Shown: positions 44,037-54,019, counted from the first letter of the stretch. The stretch is DNA of 64,000 nucleotides from Myxococcales bacterium (GCA_030696265.1 JAUYSO010000017.1:8368-72367), one strand, 5' to 3'. Program-made: numbers and translations. Notes: generated from the sequence alone by a model not told the origin.

Positions 44037-46439
44037 CTACGGCCACTGCACCCGCACGCCGGCTTGCACCGCAAGCGGAGCCAGCGGCCTCGCACCGAAT
44101 GGGCGCCGCGCCACCACCACCTGCTGGTTCGTCAGGTTCATGCCCTGCGCGTAGAACTGAAACAGCCCCACCCGGTAGCTCGCCGTCGCGTCGAGCAACA
44201 CCCGCGCCGGCACCGTCGGCTGCGAGAGGCCGTCGCCCGCCTCCTCGACGACGCCACCAGAGAACTCCGCGCCCACCGACAGCGACAGCGCGTCGCGGTT
44301 GAAGATGAGCCGCGCCGAGCCCTGGTGCATCGGCACGTACGGAATGAGGTCGCCCGCCCGCACCACGCCCCAGATGGGGTTCGACGAGGTGAAGTCGGAC
44401 AAGAACCGCGCGCTCGTCAGGGTGTACGTCACCTGAGGCACCAGCTCGATGTCGGCCGGGAGCGGAATCACGACCGACGCCAGGGCCTCGAGCCCGACGA
44501 TGCGCGCCGCGCCCCCGTTGAACTGCCGGTTGAGCGCGTCGTCGACGCAGCCCGTGCTGCCGGTGCACTCCCCGGTGATGTTCGAGTACTCGCTCCAGAA
44601 CCCCACCAGCTCGAGCCGACGACGCCGCGACGGCGACCGAACGCCCAGCTCGCCATGCAGCGCCCGCTCGGGCCGCACGTCCGCCGACTGGCCGGGCGTC
44701 ACGGGGCTGAAGCCCTGGTGCACACCTCCAAAGACGTTGAGGCCCAGCGGCAACGCCACCACCGCGCCCGCGCCGAAGAGCGGCACCGCCTGGAGCGACC
44801 GCGACGTCTTTCCCGAGAGGTCGTCCTTGAACACCGTGTCGATGAGCTCGACGCGCATGCCCGGCGACACCAGCAGGCGCCCCCACGTCATGGTGTCATG
44901 CAGGTGCAGCGCCCCGGCCCGCGAGAGCCCCCGGTTGAGCGCGTCCTGCGCCACCGGCAGGGCGTCAGGCTCGAGCGCGCCGCCGACGACTGCGTAGCCG
45001 GTGGCGGTGTGGTTGCGCCGAACCTCGTCGTGGTGGAACCGCAGGCCCGCTTCGAGCTCGTGCTGCACTGGCCCCGTCGTCAGCTTCGCCACCGCCTCGG
45101 CCTGCACCCCCTGGCTCACCAGGGTGCGCGCGTTGTTCAGCACGATGAGCGACTCGTCGAGGCTGCTCGAATCGACCGCCCCGCGCAGCACGCCGAGGTA
45201 CTGACCGTCGAGTCCTCCGCGCACCGGCTGCACCAACAGCTCGTACAGGCCCGGGCCCCGCCGGAAGCGATCGAGCCGGTTCCACGCGCGGAACATCGAG
45301 TGCCGGTACGCCGTCGCAGACAACGACAACCACGACGCCGGTTGGGCGCTCCAGCGGGCCGTCACCGAGAGCCGGTTCCACTCCATCCGGTCGAGCGCCG
45401 TCGTCGCGTACCGGCGGTTCGGCGTCGCCTCGAAGTCCTCGGTCGACACGCCCAGGTACGTCTCCCGGCTGTCCTCGAGCGCGAGCGTCGCCTTCACCTC
45501 GAGCTGCTGCTGCCACGCGTCGTTGGGGCTCACGCGCCCCTTCAGCATCACCTCGCCGCGCTCGAAGCCGGTGTTGCCGCCGCGGTCGAGCACCTTGAAC
45601 CCCTCGTCGCGCAGGAACACGCCCTCGGCGAGCAGGCCCCAGCGCTCCGTGCCCACCGCGGCGACGCCGTGCACCCGCGCCTGAAAGCGGCTGCCTCCAG
45701 CGACGTCGAGCTTGAAGAGGTGCTCCTTCGGCACCTCGCGCGTGCGCAGGTTGATGGCGCCGCCAATCGTCTGGGGACCGAACCGAATCGCCGCTGGCCC
45801 TTTGTAGACCTCGAGCCCCACCATTCGGGTGACGAGCGGAAAGTAGTACGCGGCGGGAGCGGAGTACGGCGCCGGCGTGAGCAGCACCCCGTCTTCCATC
45901 AGCGTGACCTTCGCGCTCCGATCGGGGTTCGCGCCGCGCAGGCCGATGTTCGGCCGCAGGCCCAGCCCATCTTCTTCACGAAAGTACACGCCAGGCACCT
46001 CACCCAGGACCCGGTGAATGTCGTTGAGTTCGCGGCGCTCGAGGTCTTCCTCGCCGAGCGTCACCGCGCTGCCGGTGATGCGCCGAACGTCAGGCCCCCG
46101 CTGCCCCACCACCCTGGTGGTGAAGCCCACTCCGGCGTCGGCGGCCGGCGCCGCTTCGTCCTCGGCGTCCCACACGCCACCATCGGGGCCAGCCACCGTG
46201 CCGGCACGGGCTTGCTCTCCCGCGTCGAAGCCGCCACCGTCGGGATCAGCCGCCGTCACGCCACGCGGTGCCGCAGCTTCATCCGCTTCGAAGCTGCCAC
46301 CGTCGGCGAGCGGCGGCAGCTCGCTCACTCGCGTGCGGGACTCCCAGTGGCCGCGAGGTTCGTCGAACGAGCCTCCGTCAGCCGAACCGGTCGGCGTCTG
46401 GGCGACGAACAACGACACGACGACCGGCCACCACATCAC
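44037..46439 (-). CDS. TonB-dependent outer-membrane receptor
   Basis: Signal peptide. N-terminal acidic DGG(S/G/V)(F/W)DAE repeats. Plug-domain motifs (VTLGEEDLERRELNDIHRVLGEVPGV, ...TLMEDGV). About 600-aa barrel. Confidence 0.8.
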   Translation of the reverse strand: MMWWPVVVSLFVAQTPTGSADGGSFDEPRGHWESRTRVSELPPLADGGSFEADEAAAPRGVTAADPDGGGFDAGEQARAGTVAGPDGGVWDAEDEAAPAADAGVGFTTRVVGQRGPDVRRITGSAVTLGEEDLERRELNDIHRVLGEVPGVYFREEDGLGLRPNIGLRGANPDRSAKVTLMEDGVLLTPAPYSAPAAYYFPLVTRMVGLEVYKGPAAIRFGPQTIGGAINLRTREVPKEHLFKLDVAGGSRFQARVHGVAAVGTERWGLLAEGVFLRDEGFKVLDRGGNTGFERGEVMLKGRVSPNDAWQQQLEVKATLALEDSRETYLGVSTEDFEATPNRRYATTALDRMEWNRLSVTARWSAQPASWLSLSATAYRHSMFRAWNRLDRFRRGPGLYELLVQPVRGGLDGQYLGVLRGAVDSSSLDESLIVLNNARTLVSQGVQAEAVAKLTTGPVQHELEAGLRFHHDEVRRNHTATGYAVVGGALEPDALPVAQDALNRGLSRAGALHLHDTMTWGRLLVSPGMRVELIDTVFKDDLSGKTSRSLQAVPLFGAGAVVALPLGLNVFGGVHQGFSPVTPGQSADVRPERALHGELGVRSPSRRRRLELVGFWSEYSNITGECTGSTGCVDDALNRQFNGGAARIVGLEALASVVIPLPADIELVPQVTYTLTSARFLSDFTSSNPIWGVVRAGDLIPYVPMHQGSARLIFNRDALSLSVGAEFSGGVVEEAGDGLSQPTVPARVLLDATASYRVGLFQFYAQGMNLTNQQVVVARRPFGARPLAPLAVQAGVRVQWP

Positions 46440-46440
46440 G

Positions 46441-47751
46441 TCACCTCACCGCGACCGATTCTGGCGAAGACGCCCGCCGTGGCGACTCGTTCAGCGCCTG
46501 CCGAAGGTTCTCGAGCGTCATCAGGTCGACCTCGGGCTTGAAGAGCAGCCTCGGCGCGCGCCGATTCAACGAGACCCTCGCGTCGACGAACACCTCGACG
46601 GGCCGGCCGAGCTTCTGCGCCAGGTCTCGCCCGAGGTGCCTCCCAAGCTGCACGATGAGGTCCGGCTGGCCGCTCATCTCGTTCGCCTGCCGCGCCGTCA
46701 GCACGTCGCGAGGGTCAATCTGCCACTCGCGCGTCTCCCCCTTCGCCCGCACCCGGTAGCTCACCGCGCCGTTCTTCTCGCGCAGCATCACCTTCCACGA
46801 CCAGCGCATGCCCTGTTCGTCCCACAGCACGTCGTCGCCGAGCAGGTGCGAGCGCAGCGGGAAGAGCGCCTGGAAGGCGACGTACGCCGCGAGGCCCACC
46901 GCCAGGGCCGCACCGAGCGGCCGACCGCCCTGCGCCACGGCCACCGGGCGCCACCCGAGCCGCCGCGGCCACGACGGGTCGAGGAACAGCGTTGCGTTCA
47001 GCGTCATCAGGAAGGGAAAGATGCCGATGTCGAAGAGCGCGTGCGTCGCGCCGTGGAACACGAGCACCGCCACCAGCGCGAAAGGCCGGGTTCGCCGCGC
47101 CGACAACCAGAACGGAATCGTCAGGTCGTAGAGACAAGCGGCCCAGCTCCCCAGGAGCGGCGCGAACGGCAGCGCGAGCAACGGGCCCAGCACGGGCAGG
47201 CCCCGGTTCGCCGCGAACCACGTCTCGAGCGGCTGGCCGTGCAGCAGCCAATCGGTGTTCACCTTGGCGAGGCCGGCGTGCACGTAGACGACGCCCACCT
47301 GAAAACGAAGGAGCCACAGCGCCCAGCGCGGCAGCGAGGGGCCGTCGAGCGGGAGCACCGTCAGCAGCGCCCCGAGCAGGAACGCGAGGTAGTCGTGGTT
47401 CAGGTAGTTGGTGACGTCGTACAGCTTGAGCCACCCGAAGCAGGCGAGGAAGACGACACCGCCCAGCCGGCGCGCCATGCCAGCCCCGAAGCCAAGCACC
47501 ACGGCGCCGACCGCGCCCACCGCGAGCGTCCACGGCACCAGCGCCTTCGGGATGACGGGAACGAAGGCGAACGCCTCGTACTCGAACCGGAACGTCGGCT
47601 CGAGGAACAGCGGCCCCGTCCACCCCGTCAGGTGGAGGCGAACGAGGGCTCCGGCGAGGAGCAGCCCGATGAGGGCGCGGTACACCCGAACCGACGCGCC
47701 GTCTTCCGGGGCGCCGGCCCAGCCCGCGAGCTGCTCCCACCGCGCGCGCAT
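46441..47751 (-). CDS. HTTM-domain (vitamin-K-dependent-carboxylase-like) integral membrane protein
   Basis: RALIGLLLAGALVRL...FRFEYE, NYLNHDYLAFLLGALL and WLLRFQVGVVYVHAGLAKVNTDWL match HTTM signatures. Its start overlaps the stop of the upstream gene by 1 nt. Confidence 0.7.
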   Translation of the reverse strand: MRARWEQLAGWAGAPEDGASVRVYRALIGLLLAGALVRLHLTGWTGPLFLEPTFRFEYEAFAFVPVIPKALVPWTLAVGAVGAVVLGFGAGMARRLGGVVFLACFGWLKLYDVTNYLNHDYLAFLLGALLTVLPLDGPSLPRWALWLLRFQVGVVYVHAGLAKVNTDWLLHGQPLETWFAANRGLPVLGPLLALPFAPLLGSWAACLYDLTIPFWLSARRTRPFALVAVLVFHGATHALFDIGIFPFLMTLNATLFLDPSWPRRLGWRPVAVAQGGRPLGAALAVGLAAYVAFQALFPLRSHLLGDDVLWDEQGMRWSWKVMLREKNGAVSYRVRAKGETREWQIDPRDVLTARQANEMSGQPDLIVQLGRHLGRDLAQKLGRPVEVFVDARVSLNRRAPRLLFKPEVDLMTLENLRQALNESPRRASSPESVAVR

Positions 47752-48881
47752 CAGAAGTTGGTCCGGAAGCGCACCATCTCATCGGCGGTGAAGCCGTAGA
47801 CGGTCTGCAGCTGCATGTTCGCTGCGAGCAGCGCGTCGATGTCCGGCGGCACCGTCGTCAGCAACTGGAACGCCGTCGAGCCCGCGAGCGAGGGGATCTT
47901 CATCGCCGTGAGCACCTGGTCGATCTGCGCGTCGCTGATGCGCCGGTTCGCCTGCGGCACGGCCTTGAGCCCGAGGAAGAACGAGGCGCCCTCCCCGAGG
48001 TCGTGCATCGCCGAAGACTTCTTCGCCACGTCGGCCATCGGGTCCTGCAGCTTCGTCGCCGCCGAGTTCACGTAGAAGACGACGGTCGCCGCGAGCATCT
48101 CCTCCCACTCGCTCTTGATGGTCTCGAGCGCGGCCGTGCGCTCGGCGGTGCAGCTGGCCGAACCGGCCGCGAGCCGCGCGCGCACGAATGCATCTCGCAT
48201 CGTCGTGTACTGCCCCGTCATGCCCTGCGGCGTGCGGCGCTTGGCGTACTTCGCCATCAGCTCGTCGCGCCCGGGCGCCGTGGTGTCGTTCTGCGGGAAG
48301 TTCGGCGTGGCACCGTAGAGGGCGAGCAGCTGGTCGATGGACTCCGGCGTCGTCGCCGTCGGCATGCGCTTGACCGCCTCGCCGTAGAACAGCGCGCCGT
48401 AGAGCCCCTTGTCGATGACCTGCCGCAGGTCGACGCCGCGCTCACTGTAGATCCACTGGCTGGTGCCCGAGCCGTAGATGCCGCCGCTCATCGGAGGGTC
48501 TATCGGCGTCCACACGCGGCCCTGGGAGGCGAGGAAGGCGGTGAAGGTCTCCTGGACCACTGGCTGGAAGCCCGCCGCGGTGAGGCTCGAGAGCGACGGC
48601 GTGCCGGCGTTGAAGAGCTCGTCGAGCTGCATGCGCGTCACCGTGAAGCCCGCGTCGAGCTCGGCGGCCCGCATCGGCGCGTTGAGCGCGTTGAGCTTGC
48701 CGAGGAGGCTGATCTCGGCGGCCGCGTTCGTCGCGAAGCCCGCGTCGGGGTAGGCGCCGGTGAGCGTGACGGTGCAGCCGGTCGAACCGCCGCCTGCGCC
48801 ACCACCGCCATCGAGACGCATGTCCATCGGGCCACAGGCCGCGACGGGAAGAACGATCAGGCTCAGAAGAACTCGATGCAT
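47751..48881 (-). CDS. TonB-receptor-associated lipoprotein, tentatively imelysin-like
   Basis: Lipobox VLPVAACG after MHRVLLSLI. About 376 aa. Sits between the HTTM gene and a second similar lipoprotein, the usual context of imelysin-family genes. Family call is tentative. Confidence 0.4.
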   Translation of the reverse strand: MHRVLLSLIVLPVAACGPMDMRLDGGGGAGGGSTGCTVTLTGAYPDAGFATNAAAEISLLGKLNALNAPMRAAELDAGFTVTRMQLDELFNAGTPSLSSLTAAGFQPVVQETFTAFLASQGRVWTPIDPPMSGGIYGSGTSQWIYSERGVDLRQVIDKGLYGALFYGEAVKRMPTATTPESIDQLLALYGATPNFPQNDTTAPGRDELMAKYAKRRTPQGMTGQYTTMRDAFVRARLAAGSASCTAERTAALETIKSEWEEMLAATVVFYVNSAATKLQDPMADVAKKSSAMHDLGEGASFFLGLKAVPQANRRISDAQIDQVLTAMKIPSLAGSTAFQLLTTVPPDIDALLAANMQLQTVYGFTADEMVRFRTNF

Positions 48882-48910
48882 GGTGCCTGTGTGACAAGGG
48901 TGCACTGCGC

Positions 48911-50110
48911 TCAGTCGTTGTCGCCGGCCCCCTCCCTGGGGACCTTGAGCGACAGCGTGGTGACGAACTGCGACTTGAAGAGGTCGGTGAAGGCCTTGAC
49001 GGCGGCGTGGAGCGCCTGGAGCCCGTCGAGGTCTTCGGTGGCGGCGACCGCGACCGGACGCTGGAGCGCGCGCGCGGCGGCCACTGCTGCGTCGAGCTTC
49101 AGGAGCATCTCGTCCTTCAGCGCGCCGGCTCCACGCTCGACGAGCAGGTCGTCGAAGCCCACCGCGCTCGAGGTCTGCTCGAACGAGCCGGTGAAGATGG
49201 CGCGCGCCATGACGAGGTTCTCGACCAGGGCCCTGGTCGACAGCCCGGCGCGCGGCGACTCGGCGAGCGCGGGACACGACTGCGCCATGCACGCCGGGGT
49301 GATGCCGGCTGGTGCGCCCAGCTTGAAGTCCTTCACCCAGCGGTCCGCATAGAAGAGCCCTGCGTAGACGTCGTCGAGGCCGTCCTTCGGCGTGCGCCAG
49401 ACCGAGCCCATGGCCCCGGCCTGCGTGAGCTTGTCGCCGAAGCCACCCGGGGCGCTCCACCCATCACGTGCGCGCCGCGCGGTCGCCTCGAGGTGCCGCG
49501 CCACGCCGAGCGCCCAGGCCTTGCGCCGCTCCTGGAGCGCAGGCGAGCCCGCGAGCATGGCCCAGCTGCCGTTGGTGTTGATGGTGGCGTTCGGCAGGCA
49601 CGCATTCGCCGTCGACTGGTTGAAGAGCAGCTCCTCGAGCACCGCGAGGCCCTTCGAGGTGACGAGCGCCGTCGCGAAGTAGGCGTCGTCAGGCGTCGTG
49701 TTCGCCACCAGCGCCGAGTCGACGCGGCAGAGGTTCGTCGTCGGCCATGAGTAGATCTCGTCTCGCAGCCCTTCACCGGCCGTCACCTGCGTCGCCGCGC
49801 CGAGGGGCCCGAGCTGAAGCAACTCGACCCGCTGCCAGGTGAGGAACGCCGTCTCGAACGCCGCCTTCGCCGAGGTGAGCGCCTGCGCGTCTTGCCCTTG
49901 CGCCGCGCGCGCCCAGCCGTCGACCGCCTCACGGAGCGCCGCGAAGTCCGTCACCGTCTTCTCGAGCGCCGGCCGCGCCAGCGCCGTGTCGAACGTCTCG
50001 AGCGCCTGGCGCTGGAGCTGCGCGTCGGAGGGGTTGGGCTTCGGTGGGGGCGTCGTACAGGAGGCCGCGCACCAGATCAGGAGAATATTGAGAACGATTC
50101 GCAAATGCAC
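48911..50110 (-). CDS. TonB-receptor-associated lipoprotein (imelysin-like, tentative)
   Basis: Probable GTG start at MHLRIVLNILLIWCAASC; the 5' coding region is unusually AT-rich. The longer ORF start at 50242 would run into the pepN promoter region. Confidence 0.4.
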   Translation of the reverse strand: MHLRIVLNILLIWCAASCTTPPPKPNPSDAQLQRQALETFDTALARPALEKTVTDFAALREAVDGWARAAQGQDAQALTSAKAAFETAFLTWQRVELLQLGPLGAATQVTAGEGLRDEIYSWPTTNLCRVDSALVANTTPDDAYFATALVTSKGLAVLEELLFNQSTANACLPNATINTNGSWAMLAGSPALQERRKAWALGVARHLEATARRARDGWSAPGGFGDKLTQAGAMGSVWRTPKDGLDDVYAGLFYADRWVKDFKLGAPAGITPACMAQSCPALAESPRAGLSTRALVENLVMARAIFTGSFEQTSSAVGFDDLLVERGAGALKDEMLLKLDAAVAAARALQRPVAVAATEDLDGLQALHAAVKAFTDLFKSQFVTTLSLKVPREGAGDND

Positions 50111-50299
50111 AATCGCTAGATAGCTCCAACGTGCGGGGCTTGCCGATGAAAAAATCTCACCGCGCCGACAGGTGAGCTTCTGGGCGGGACCACTGCGCGC
50201 CCCGAGCCTCAGAAGTCGGCGCGATCGACGTGAGCGGCGCACCCTCAGTGGTCGGTCTCGATTCGTCGCGCGAGGGCTTCCACCGTTCAGCTGGCGTCG

Positions 50300-50425
50300 C
50301 CCGCACTGCCAGCACCGCCTGGGCCGAAGCTGGTAGACCCCGCGCCATGCCGAGAGACGCGACCCCGAAGACGATTCGCCTCGCCGAATACACCCCGCCG
50401 CCGTTCTCCATCGAGCGCGTGACGC
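50300..50425 (+). repeat. right copy of the ~125-bp dispersed direct repeat (covers the pepN start)
   Basis: See the left copy at 43885..44010. Confidence 0.75.
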
Positions 50426-53019
50426 TCACCTTCGACCTCGAGCTCGACCACACCGAGGTCGAGTCGGAGCTCGTCATCGTCCGGCGCGCGGGCGTCCAGG
50501 GCCCCGTGCTGCTCGACGGCGACCACGACGCCGAGGGCTCGGGACAGCTGCTGTCCATCTCCATCGACGGCGCGACGCTCCCCGAGTCGGCCTACGCGGT
50601 GACCGATGGAGGGCTGACGCTGCACGCGCCGCCCGACCGCTTCACGCTGAAGACGCGCCGGCGCCTGACGCCATCGAAGAACAAGAGCCTCGAGGGCCTC
50701 TACGCATCGTCGAGCAACCTCTTCACGCAGTGCGAGGCCGAGGGCTTTCGCAAGATCACCTGGTACGCCGACCGCCCCGACGTGATGAGCGTCTTCACCG
50801 TCACGCTGCGCGCCGACCCCGAGCGCTTCCCCGTGCTGCTCAGCAACGGCAACAAGGTGAGCGAGCGCGACGAAGTCATCGACGGGAAGAAACGCCGCGT
50901 CGCCGTGTGGCACGACCCGCACAAGAAGCCCTGCTACCTGTTCGCCGTCGTCGCGGGGAACCTGGTGGCGCGCTCCGACGCGTTCACCACGATGAGCGGC
51001 AGGCAGGTGGCGCTGAACGTCTGGGTGCGCGCGCACGACCTCGACCAGACCGCGCACTGCATGGACAGCCTCAAGAAGTCGATGCGGTGGGACGAGACGC
51101 GCTTTGGCCGGGAGTACGACCTCGACGTCTTCAACCTCGTCGCTGTGTCGGACTTCAACATGGGCGCGATGGAGAACAAGGGCCTCAACGTCTTCAACAC
51201 CAAGTTCGTGCTCGCGCGGCCCGACACCGCGACCGACGTCGACTTCGCGGGCATCGAGGGCGTCGTCGGCCACGAGTATTTCCACAACTGGTCCGGCAAC
51301 CGCGTCACGTGTCGCGACTGGTTTCAGCTCTCGCTGAAGGAGGGCTTCACGGTCTTCCGCGACCAGGAGTTCTCGGCCGACGTCGGCTCGCGCTCCGTCA
51401 AGCGCATCGAAGAGGTGCGGAGGCTGCGCAGTTTGCAGTTCCCCGAAGACCAGGGCCCGACCGCGCACCCGGTTCGACCCGACAGCTACGTCGAGATCTC
51501 GAACTTCTACACGGTCACCATCTACGAGAAGGGCGCCGAGGTCGTCCGGATGTACTTGACGCTGCTCGGGCACGAGCTCTTCCGCAAAGGCACCGACCTG
51601 TACTTCAGCCGGCACGACGGTCAGGCGGTGACGACCGACGACTTCCTCGCGTGCATGGCCGAGGTCAGCGGGCGCGACTTCACGCAGTTCTCGCGGTGGT
51701 ACTCGCAGGCCGGCACGCCGAAGGTGACGTCGAAGGGCTCGTGGGACGCGGCGAAGGGCTCGTGGACGCTGACGCTCACGCAGACGGTCCCTCCGACGCC
51801 GGGGCAGAGTGAGAAGCTGCCGATGCTGGTGCCGGTGGTGACGTCGCTCCTCGGCAAGGACGGCAAGCCGGTGCCGCTCACCGTCGATGGCGTCGCGCGT
51901 GGCACCGAGTGCGTGCTCGAGCTGACGAAGGCGGAGCAGCGCTTCGTGTTCTCGGGGCTGTCGCACGCTCCGGTGCCGTCGCTGCTGCGTGGCTTCTCGG
52001 CGCCCATCATTCTCGAGACCGACGACGACGAGACCGCCCTGCTCTTCCGCCTCGCGCATGACGATGACGCGTTCAACCGGGTCGAGGCTGGTCAGGAATT
52101 GTTCCTGCGTCACCTGTTCGCGAGCATCGCGGCGATTCAGAGCGGGAAGGAGCCCATCGCTCCGGCAGCCCAGCTGGTGGACGCCGTGAAGACGGCGCTC
52201 GCGACCGCGCTGACGCCTGCTGGAGATCCCGCGCTGCTCGCCCTCGCGCTCAGCGTTCCCGGCATCGACGTCATTGGTGACCGCCTCGCCTGGGCCGACT
52301 ACGCGAGCGCGCACCGGGCCCGTGAACACCTCGTGACGACGCTCGCGACGGCGCTGCTGCCGCTCGTCACGCAGGTCGACGCGCACCTCTCGAAGTCACT
52401 CGATGGCGTCGCGTATCGCTTCGCGCCTGACGACGTGGGCCGTCGCAGCCTTCGCAACGTGATGGTGGCGTGGCGTGCACGGCTGGCCGATGGCGAAGCG
52501 CAAGTCCTCGCGCACCTTCGCCGCGCTGGCTCGATGACCGACACGCAGGCCGCGCTGTCTCTGCTCTCAGCGACGACCAGCGCTGCACGCGACGAGGCGT
52601 TCAAGACCTTCTACGCGCAGTGGAAGGGTGAAGCGCTGATGGTCGACAAGTGGTTCGCGCTCCAGGCGACGAGCACGAGGCCGCAGACGCTCGATGACGT
52701 GATGGCGCTGATGAAGCACGAGGCGTTCACGCTCGAGAACCCGAACCGCGCACGTTCGCTCATCGCGGCGCTCGGCATGAGCAACCCGCTCCGCTTCCAC
52801 GAGGCCAGCGGCCGCGGCTACGCGTTCCTCGGTGAGCAGGTGCGCACGCTCGACGTGTTCAACCCGCAGATCGCCGCGCGCATGCTGACGCCGCTGACGC
52901 GATGGAAGCGGCAGGACCCACCGAGGCAGGCGCTGATGAAGCAGGAGCTCCAGCGCATTCTCGACCGCGAGGGCTGCAGCAAGGACGTGTACGAGATTGC
53001 GACCAAGTCGCTCGCGTAG
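50347..53019 (+). CDS. pepN: aminopeptidase N (M1 family)
   Basis: GAMEN motif. Zinc site HEYFHNW...E. Length ~890 aa. Confidence 0.95.
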   Translation: MPRDATPKTIRLAEYTPPPFSIERVTLTFDLELDHTEVESELVIVRRAGVQGPVLLDGDHDAEGSGQLLSISIDGATLPESAYAVTDGGLTLHAPPDRFTLKTRRRLTPSKNKSLEGLYASSSNLFTQCEAEGFRKITWYADRPDVMSVFTVTLRADPERFPVLLSNGNKVSERDEVIDGKKRRVAVWHDPHKKPCYLFAVVAGNLVARSDAFTTMSGRQVALNVWVRAHDLDQTAHCMDSLKKSMRWDETRFGREYDLDVFNLVAVSDFNMGAMENKGLNVFNTKFVLARPDTATDVDFAGIEGVVGHEYFHNWSGNRVTCRDWFQLSLKEGFTVFRDQEFSADVGSRSVKRIEEVRRLRSLQFPEDQGPTAHPVRPDSYVEISNFYTVTIYEKGAEVVRMYLTLLGHELFRKGTDLYFSRHDGQAVTTDDFLACMAEVSGRDFTQFSRWYSQAGTPKVTSKGSWDAAKGSWTLTLTQTVPPTPGQSEKLPMLVPVVTSLLGKDGKPVPLTVDGVARGTECVLELTKAEQRFVFSGLSHAPVPSLLRGFSAPIILETDDDETALLFRLAHDDDAFNRVEAGQELFLRHLFASIAAIQSGKEPIAPAAQLVDAVKTALATALTPAGDPALLALALSVPGIDVIGDRLAWADYASAHRAREHLVTTLATALLPLVTQVDAHLSKSLDGVAYRFAPDDVGRRSLRNVMVAWRARLADGEAQVLAHLRRAGSMTDTQAALSLLSATTSAARDEAFKTFYAQWKGEALMVDKWFALQATSTRPQTLDDVMALMKHEAFTLENPNRARSLIAALGMSNPLRFHEASGRGYAFLGEQVRTLDVFNPQIAARMLTPLTRWKRQDPPRQALMKQELQRILDREGCSKDVYEIATKSLA

Positions 53020-53032
53020 TTCGGTGCGCCCA

Positions 53033-53947
53033 ATGCGGACCGCGCTTGCATCGCTCCTGCTGTTGGCCTCGTGCCGGTGGTGCGAATCGAAGGCCGTCTC
53101 GTCGAGCTTCGTCGCGCAGACCGGCCTGCCGGCCGAACTTGAGCGGCAACTTGGCGCGCCGGAGCTCGAACGGCAGCGCTTCAGCGACCTCTGCGTCGAG
53201 GCGATTCACGCCGTCTACCCTGACGCAGGCGTCGTCACTCTCGAGCCGTTGACCTTTCAGCTCAGTCACCCCGACGTCGCGATGATCAGCTTCGACAACC
53301 CCTGGCGGGCGAAACCAGACGCGCGCGCGGCGGACGTTTGGAACCAGCTGCGAAAGATTGAGGCAGTGCTCGCCTCCTTCGGTCAACTGGGCACCAGGGA
53401 GCAGGTCGTTCCGCTTCTGAGAGGAAAGAGCACCTTGCCCGATGGAGGCACTGAGTTTGCGGGCAATGGTGAGCCATGGGTTGGCGACCTTCGTCTGGTC
53501 TACATGTTCAACAGGCCCGAGGTGTTCACCCCGGTGACCGACGACGACCTCACCCGATTGGCGCTGAGCCGACCCCAGCTGCAGGCGCTCGCGCTTCGGA
53601 ACCTGCGGGCCCTGGCCTCGCCCATCGAGAAGGTCCAGATTCGCAATCCGCTCGAGGGGAACATCACCGAAGACCGGATCTGGATGGTGAGGATTCCATC
53701 CGCGGGCGGCTACTTCGAGACCAGCGTGCTCCTGCTCGACGAATACTGGGCCGCGCAGGAAATGGAGCTCGGAAAAGGTCTGGTGGTCGCGACTCCTACG
53801 CGAGACCTTCTCTTTCTGACGCTGGCTTCGAATGCGGACGATGTCCGCCGGCTACGGGCAATCGCTCAAGACGCTGCGGCGAACTACGCTCACCCCGTCT
53901 CGGGCGCCCTGCTGACCCGAATCAACGGCGCGTGGCAGCCATTCTGA
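53033..53947 (+). CDS. hypothetical lipoprotein
   Basis: Start MRTALASLLLLASCRWC (lipobox) inside ORF 52997..53947. Confidence 0.55.
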   Translation: MRTALASLLLLASCRWCESKAVSSSFVAQTGLPAELERQLGAPELERQRFSDLCVEAIHAVYPDAGVVTLEPLTFQLSHPDVAMISFDNPWRAKPDARAADVWNQLRKIEAVLASFGQLGTREQVVPLLRGKSTLPDGGTEFAGNGEPWVGDLRLVYMFNRPEVFTPVTDDDLTRLALSRPQLQALALRNLRALASPIEKVQIRNPLEGNITEDRIWMVRIPSAGGYFETSVLLLDEYWAAQEMELGKGLVVATPTRDLLFLTLASNADDVRRLRAIAQDAAANYAHPVSGALLTRINGAWQPF

Positions 53948-54019
53948 ACGCGGACCGCGGATTCGACGAGTGATCGGCTCCTTTCGTGCTTCCAAGAGTA
54001 TCCACGAGCGGGACCCCGA

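Noticed and set aside
50111-50242. Longer start (50242) for the second imelysin-like gene, and a minus-strand ORF 50157..50564
   Set aside because: The extension encodes an Arg-rich non-signal N-terminus and runs into the pepN upstream region. The 50157..50564 ORF is the antisense reading of the duplicated pepN start; the same artefact (VTRSME.GGGVYSARRIVFGVASLGM) appears in ORF 43535..44095.
53948-54019. Palindrome CGCGGaCCGCG after the 53033..53947 gene, considered as a terminator
   Set aside because: The loop is too small for a stable hairpin and there is no U-tract.
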